This document shows, piece by piece, positions 62,588 to 64,000 of a DNA stretch of 64,000 nt; position 1 is the first letter of the stretch; every line of letters starts with the position of its first letter. Location: the NCBI GenBank assembly GCA_017476265.1, contig JAFVAC010000036.1:2345-66344 (forward strand). Reading direction: 5' to 3'. The stretch comes from Clostridia bacterium. Its GTDB lineage: Bacteria; Bacillota; Clostridia; Christensenellales; DTU072. The notes under the pieces were generated by a model. The model did no database searches. It had not been told where the DNA came from and saw only the letters and a program-made list of their open reading frames with translations. The translations under genes were made by a program, and so were the position numbers.

Positions 62588-63883
62588 ATGGAGAAAGGCA
62601 TTATGACCAAATTGGATACCAAGTGCGTCCAGTCCGGATACACACCGAAAAACGGCGAGGCGAGAGTCCTGCCCATCTATCAAAGCACGACGTTCAAGTA
62701 CGACACCCCGGAGGAGATGGGGGATCTGTTCGATCTGAAAAAGTCCGGGTTTTTCTACACTCGTCTGGGCAATCCGACGGTGGACGCTCTGGAGAAGCGT
62801 ATAGTCGACCTTGACGGCGGCGTCGGCGCGATGGGGTGCGCCTCCGGCATGGCGGCGACCACGCTCGCCGTCCTTAACGTCTGCCACGCCGGCGACAACG
62901 TGATCTCGCTGTCCACCATTTACGGCGGCACCTACAATCTCTTTTCCACCACGCTCCCGAAGCTGGGGATCGAGTGCCGTTTTGTGGAGCCGACCGCGTC
63001 GCAAGAGGAGATCGAGGCGCTCGTGGACGACAAGACGAAGCTCCTATTTTGCGAGACGATCGCCAATCCGGCTATGTACGTCGCCGACTTTGACAAACTC
63101 TCTTCCGTCTGCAAAAAGTTCGGATTGATGCTCTTTGTGGACAATACGCTCGCCACTCCTATCATCTGCCGACCGATCGAGCACGGAGCGGACGTCGTAC
63201 TCTACTCCACGACCAAGTATCTCGACGGGCACGCGACGAGCGTTGGCGGTATGATCGTGGACGCGGGCAATTTCGACTTTTCCGCGAGCGACCGCTATCC
63301 CGACTTCGTCACCCCGGACGAGAGCTATCACGGGATGGTCTACGCACGCGACTGCGGCAGGGCGGCGTTCATCACCAAGGCGCGCGCGCAATATATGCGC
63401 GACCTCGGGGCGCAGATGGGTCCGATGAACGCGTTTTTGACCTTCCTCGGGACGGAGACGGTGCATCTCCGTATGCCGCGACACAGTGAGAACGCCCTCC
63501 GCGTGGCGACTATGCTGGCGCAGAGCCCCGACGTGGAATGGGTCAAGTACGGCGGACTTTCTTCGGATGAGAACTATCCTTTGGTCCAAAAGTACTTTGA
63601 CAAAGGAATGGCGTCCGGCATGGTCACCTTCGGCATCAAAGGCGGCAGAGAGGCGGCGAGCAAGTTCCAGAAAGCGCTCAGGATTTTCTGCATCGTCACG
63701 CACATTGCCGACGCGAGGAGCTGCGTACTGCATCCGGCAAGCACCACCCACAGACAGCTGACCGACGAGGACCTCGTCGCGTGCGGCATCAGCGACAATC
63801 TCATCCGTCTGTCCTGCGGGATCGAGGACGGAGACGACCTCGTGGAGGATGTCAAGAACGCCCTCATCGCTTCGAGGAAATAG
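62588..63883 (+). CDS. metY: O-acetylhomoserine sulfhydrylase / aminocarboxypropyltransferase (PLP-dependent, Cys/Met metabolism family)
   Basis: GGAGAAAGG RBS. ..PIYQSTTFKYD.., FYTRLGNPT and STTKYLDGHATSVGG (PLP lysine). The length is 431 aa. An alternative ATG lies at 62603. Confidence 0.85.
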   Translation: MEKGIMTKLDTKCVQSGYTPKNGEARVLPIYQSTTFKYDTPEEMGDLFDLKKSGFFYTRLGNPTVDALEKRIVDLDGGVGAMGCASGMAATTLAVLNVCHAGDNVISLSTIYGGTYNLFSTTLPKLGIECRFVEPTASQEEIEALVDDKTKLLFCETIANPAMYVADFDKLSSVCKKFGLMLFVDNTLATPIICRPIEHGADVVLYSTTKYLDGHATSVGGMIVDAGNFDFSASDRYPDFVTPDESYHGMVYARDCGRAAFITKARAQYMRDLGAQMGPMNAFLTFLGTETVHLRMPRHSENALRVATMLAQSPDVEWVKYGGLSSDENYPLVQKYFDKGMASGMVTFGIKGGREAASKFQKALRIFCIVTHIADARSCVLHPASTTHRQLTDEDLVACGISDNLIRLSCGIEDGDDLVEDVKNALIASRK

Positions 63884-63932
63884 ACCGTAACGGAAAAAAG
63901 GGCGGGCGGATCGACCCGCTACAGGAGAATAC

Positions 63933-64000
63933 ATGCCCATAGTCATACCCAAGGATATACCCGCTTTCGACGTGCTGACCAGGGAGAACATCTTCGTGAT
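63933..64000 (+). CDS. metA: Homoserine O-acyltransferase MetA, 5' end only (runs off the window)
   Basis: AGGAGA RBS. MPIVIPKDIPAFDVLTRENIFV matches the conserved MetA N-terminus (MPIKIP..LPA...L..ENIFVM). Confidence 0.75.
   Translation, partial: MPIVIPKDIPAFDVLTRENIFV

Noticed and set aside
1-64000. Scan for CRISPR arrays, tRNA/rRNA genes, integrases, transposases and prophage structural genes.
   Set aside because: I found no regularly spaced direct repeats, no GTTCGAATC-type T-arms in the intergenic regions and no recombinase-like ORFs. The only repeated DNA is the three-copy element described above.

Overview
This is a 64-kb chromosomal segment with a strong G/C third-codon-position bias. 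I infer a Gram-positive, Bacillota/Clostridia-like organism from veg, a SipL-like DUF3794+LysM sporulation gene, the ecfA1-ecfA2-ecfT-truA order and secG..smpB. Housekeeping anchors are copA, veg, rmuC, truA/ecfT/ecfA2/ecfA1 (minus strand), secG, smpB, metY and the 5' end of metA. Roughly 40 kb of the window encodes exported or cell-surface proteins. These are a Flg_new+Vps62-like lipoprotein, a ~2000-codon signal-peptide/TM-anchored protein cut by one in-frame TAA, and a Flg_new+transglutaminase-like lipoprotein. The largest are two tandem giant lipoprotein genes of 4365 and 5672 codons (29755-59894) behind one consensus promoter, and most of their ~10,000 residues match no family I recognise. 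This giant pair is my top candidate for an undescribed system. Two other items are notable. The first is a translationally coupled SNF2-type helicase / MoxR-like AAA+ / HExxH+VWA cassette (903-7544). The second is a three-copy, hairpin-rich dispersed repeat of ~290-390 bp (5771-6161, 12193-12486, 29231-29617) with conserved stems, variable loops, a compensatory stem change and an optional, almost invariant 109-nt internal module. One copy of this repeat splits the AAA/VWA gene pair. I found no rRNA, tRNA, CRISPR array, integrase or transposase. All calls rest on reading the translations and the DNA by eye. No database search was run.
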